Shown here one piece after another: positions 61,735-64,000 of a stretch of 64,000 nt of DNA. This stretch comes from Gigantopelta aegis (Eukaryota). The DNA lies in NCBI RefSeq assembly GCF_016097555.1, contig NW_024532772.1, forward strand, positions 67,754 to 131,753, written 5' to 3'. Position numbers and translations under genes: made by a program. Below the pieces are notes generated by a model. The model was not told the origin of the DNA, did no database searches, and saw only the letters and a list, made by a program, of their open reading frames with translations. How positions within the stretch are numbered: the first letter of the stretch is position 1; each line of letters begins with the position of its first letter.

Positions 61735-62900
61735 TCAGGAGGGTACAGACTTGTTTACACTATCCTCAGACCCAATACATTTATTAGGCCTCGGACTCAG
61801 TACCTTCAGTAGACTCAGACTTGGTCTAATGTCAGACTTTTCTATCTGAGAAGCAGCACTAGGAGGTTGAAAACTCTTAAAAAACACTACTATTGCAGTG
61901 AGGTTATCGCCTGATCCCTCACTACGAGCAAATTTCACTACACTCTTAGCAGCATTAACCATAGTTCCTCCATTTAGGAAATGCTTCCTCATGCAATCAC
62001 TCATCTCTTCTCCGTTAACAACATCCCATATCCCATCGCAGGCAACCACTAAATAATCCTCAGAACCGTCCAAGTCAACTGTCGTCACTTCCGCTTCGCC
62101 AATTAATATTTTTTATCTTTAGCATCACCAATAGCTCGAGATACAGCAAGGTTACCATTAACTCTCCATGCTCCCAAAAAGATGACAAGTCCTCCTGATT
62201 CTTCAATGCGTTTCTGTGTCATCTGTGAAAGGAGAAAGAAAGGAAATAAAGAGCGGAATTTAGGAAGGAACAGGGAAATGTAATGTAATAACTTAAATGT
62301 GAGTCACTCCCAGGTGGTATGAGGGTAAGAAGTGACTGGGCTGCCGGGGATGTAAACTAATAATGTTTTGTCAACATCTTTATCAGGCAATTTTAAATTT
62401 TCCCTGTATGGTAATTTAATTCCATTGGTACTCTCTATGACTTCTATTATCATGCTTTAGCACTCAACGTTAAACATTCAAAGACACAATCTTTCCCCTC
62501 ATTTCTCCCTTTCACTTTCTCTCTTTCCCTTACTCTCGTCTCTCCCGATGCATACCTACTCTATCTGGCTTGTGTGGGTACCATAATTTCTACGGCTTGA
62601 CCTTTACGGAACACACATAGCTTGAGAATCTCCTAGCCAACGATGTATAGCTTAAGTCCTCTAAGTAAAGCAACAACAGCTGTAGCACCAGCTTTGGTGT
62701 CCTGAAAAGAGGAAGGAGAGAAGTGAGCTATAATAGTCCCAAATAAGGAAGTGGTACAGACAAAAATCAATTTAATGACAATGGATCTTAGGATGGTAAG
62801 TTCAAAGAGGAGGCTTCTAACTGGAGACAGTTTCTATTCTAATGTCTCAAGGATTCATTACAAAGAGGTCATGTCTTGCTGGTGCTTTGATGACTAGGAG
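61735..62900 (-). CDS. PP2C-family (PPM) Ser/Thr phosphatase, 3' exons. Frameshift at a T7 run near 62103-62109
   Basis: [60 protein letters not shown] / [77 protein letters not shown]. These are the classic PP2C motifs. Confidence 0.7.
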
Positions 62901-64000
62901 ACCACATTATTATGACATCATCATATAGAAACTGCTTAAACCACATTATATGTCATCGTAATTGGTATTATAACCTTGGGGCAACTGAGCATCTCAACAG
63001 GTGCATACCTTTAATACTACACTAAAACCACATAGTTTATTAAAAACCAACTTATCTAGCTAGTCAGTGGTATTTTTATTGTGACTTTTGTCTCTTTAAC
63101 ATAACTCGTTCCTTTTTCCTTTTAAATATTCTATGAAATAGCTTACAAGAGAACAAAAATGAATTAAAATCACCATAACATCAGATTAAAAAGGTCAAAA
63201 GATAATGTGAACAGACTTCAAGTCATTCAGTCAAGTACTGTTATATAGAGGGCTGTCACTAAGACTTACTATCTATATTATTGTCATTTGTCTAATGAAA
63301 GAGTCAAAAACATCTTATTTGAATGCTATAATAATGGTCTACTATATCATCATACAATCCCACATTTCAATAGTAGCTTTGACCATTTACAGTACATTAA
63401 AATTACGTTAAGAATGATGAGAACTGAATGTCATTGATGAAAAAAATGAACATGGGTTCAAAGCAATCTAGATATCAGGTGGGTCGGTACCAGATAAACA
63501 AACAAAGACATGATGGTACATAGAGTCTGCCCGCCACTTTATATCCATCTAGTTTCATGACAAAGTTATATATTGGGGTCAAGTTTGTATAAAAGAACAT
63601 GTATGGTAAATTTAAAAAAATATAATAAGATACTACAAACCACTGCAGTACCCTATATATACACAGTACAACTATATATGTGCTATAAGGTTGCTCACCC
63701 TTTTATCACACATCTAATTCACAACCCATAAGCTGGAACCAAAACGTAATGTAAGCTGAAGTTTAAAGGGATACTTACAAGACTTTAAGTCATTTTCATT
63801 TTTCCCGGAAAAAAATTTTTGTCTTAGTACGAATGCCTTTAATGGCCACCGGACGAAGGAAATGGGATGGCGAAATGTTTGATGGGGGGCGGCGAAGAAG
63901 GCTTCCACTCACAGCCATATATAACCAAAGAAGGACGGTCATGGGTAGCCTAGGAGAAAAAGAAAATTTATAATTAGATTAAATAAGAATTTACAAAAAT

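Noticed and set aside
1-64000. tRNA, rRNA or snRNA genes
   Set aside because: I found no A-box/B-box pairs, no rRNA-like conserved stretches and no recognisable U-snRNA sequence. The GC-rich island at 50690-51140 is listed only as an unassigned candidate.

Overview
This window is eukaryotic nuclear DNA, not prokaryotic. It is AT-rich and packed with short GT-AG introns of about 50-250 bp, microsatellites, minisatellites and segmental duplications. Several conserved metazoan genes can be read across exons by their conserved protein motifs alone. Plus strand: a neuferricin (CYB5D2) homolog; an intronless 3beta-HSD-family dehydrogenase plus a degenerate tandem copy and a fragment; a death-domain/CARD-like gene; three paralogous KIX + Q/P-rich MED15-like loci, one carrying a roughly 10-exon tandem exon array of 485-bp units; an intronless Ulp1-protease + PHD ORF; Roc-COR GTPase fragments; an XBP1-like bZIP gene; major vault protein (MVP, about 15 exons); and one copy of a sarcosine-oxidase (PIPOX-like) gene. 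Minus strand: a KMT5A (SET8)-like methyltransferase, two further PIPOX-like tandem copies, a PP2C phosphatase and several unidentified genes. The most notable signals are three. First, a textbook IRE1-type unconventional splice site (twin CNG|NNGN loops, 20-nt intron) in the XBP1-like gene. Second, the tandem exon array in the MED15-like gene. Third, a foldback-type element with long inverted arrays of a 60-bp repeat. Nearly every conserved gene also carries 1-nt frameshifts, most of them at A/T homopolymers, which points to systematic indel errors in the assembly rather than pseudogenes. The ORF track uses bacterial start codons (GTG/TTG) and many listed ORFs are translated repeats or antisense shadows. 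I assigned gene symbols by motif recognition only, with no database search, so all coordinates are approximate. I cannot determine the organism; composition and gene content fit an early-branching metazoan.
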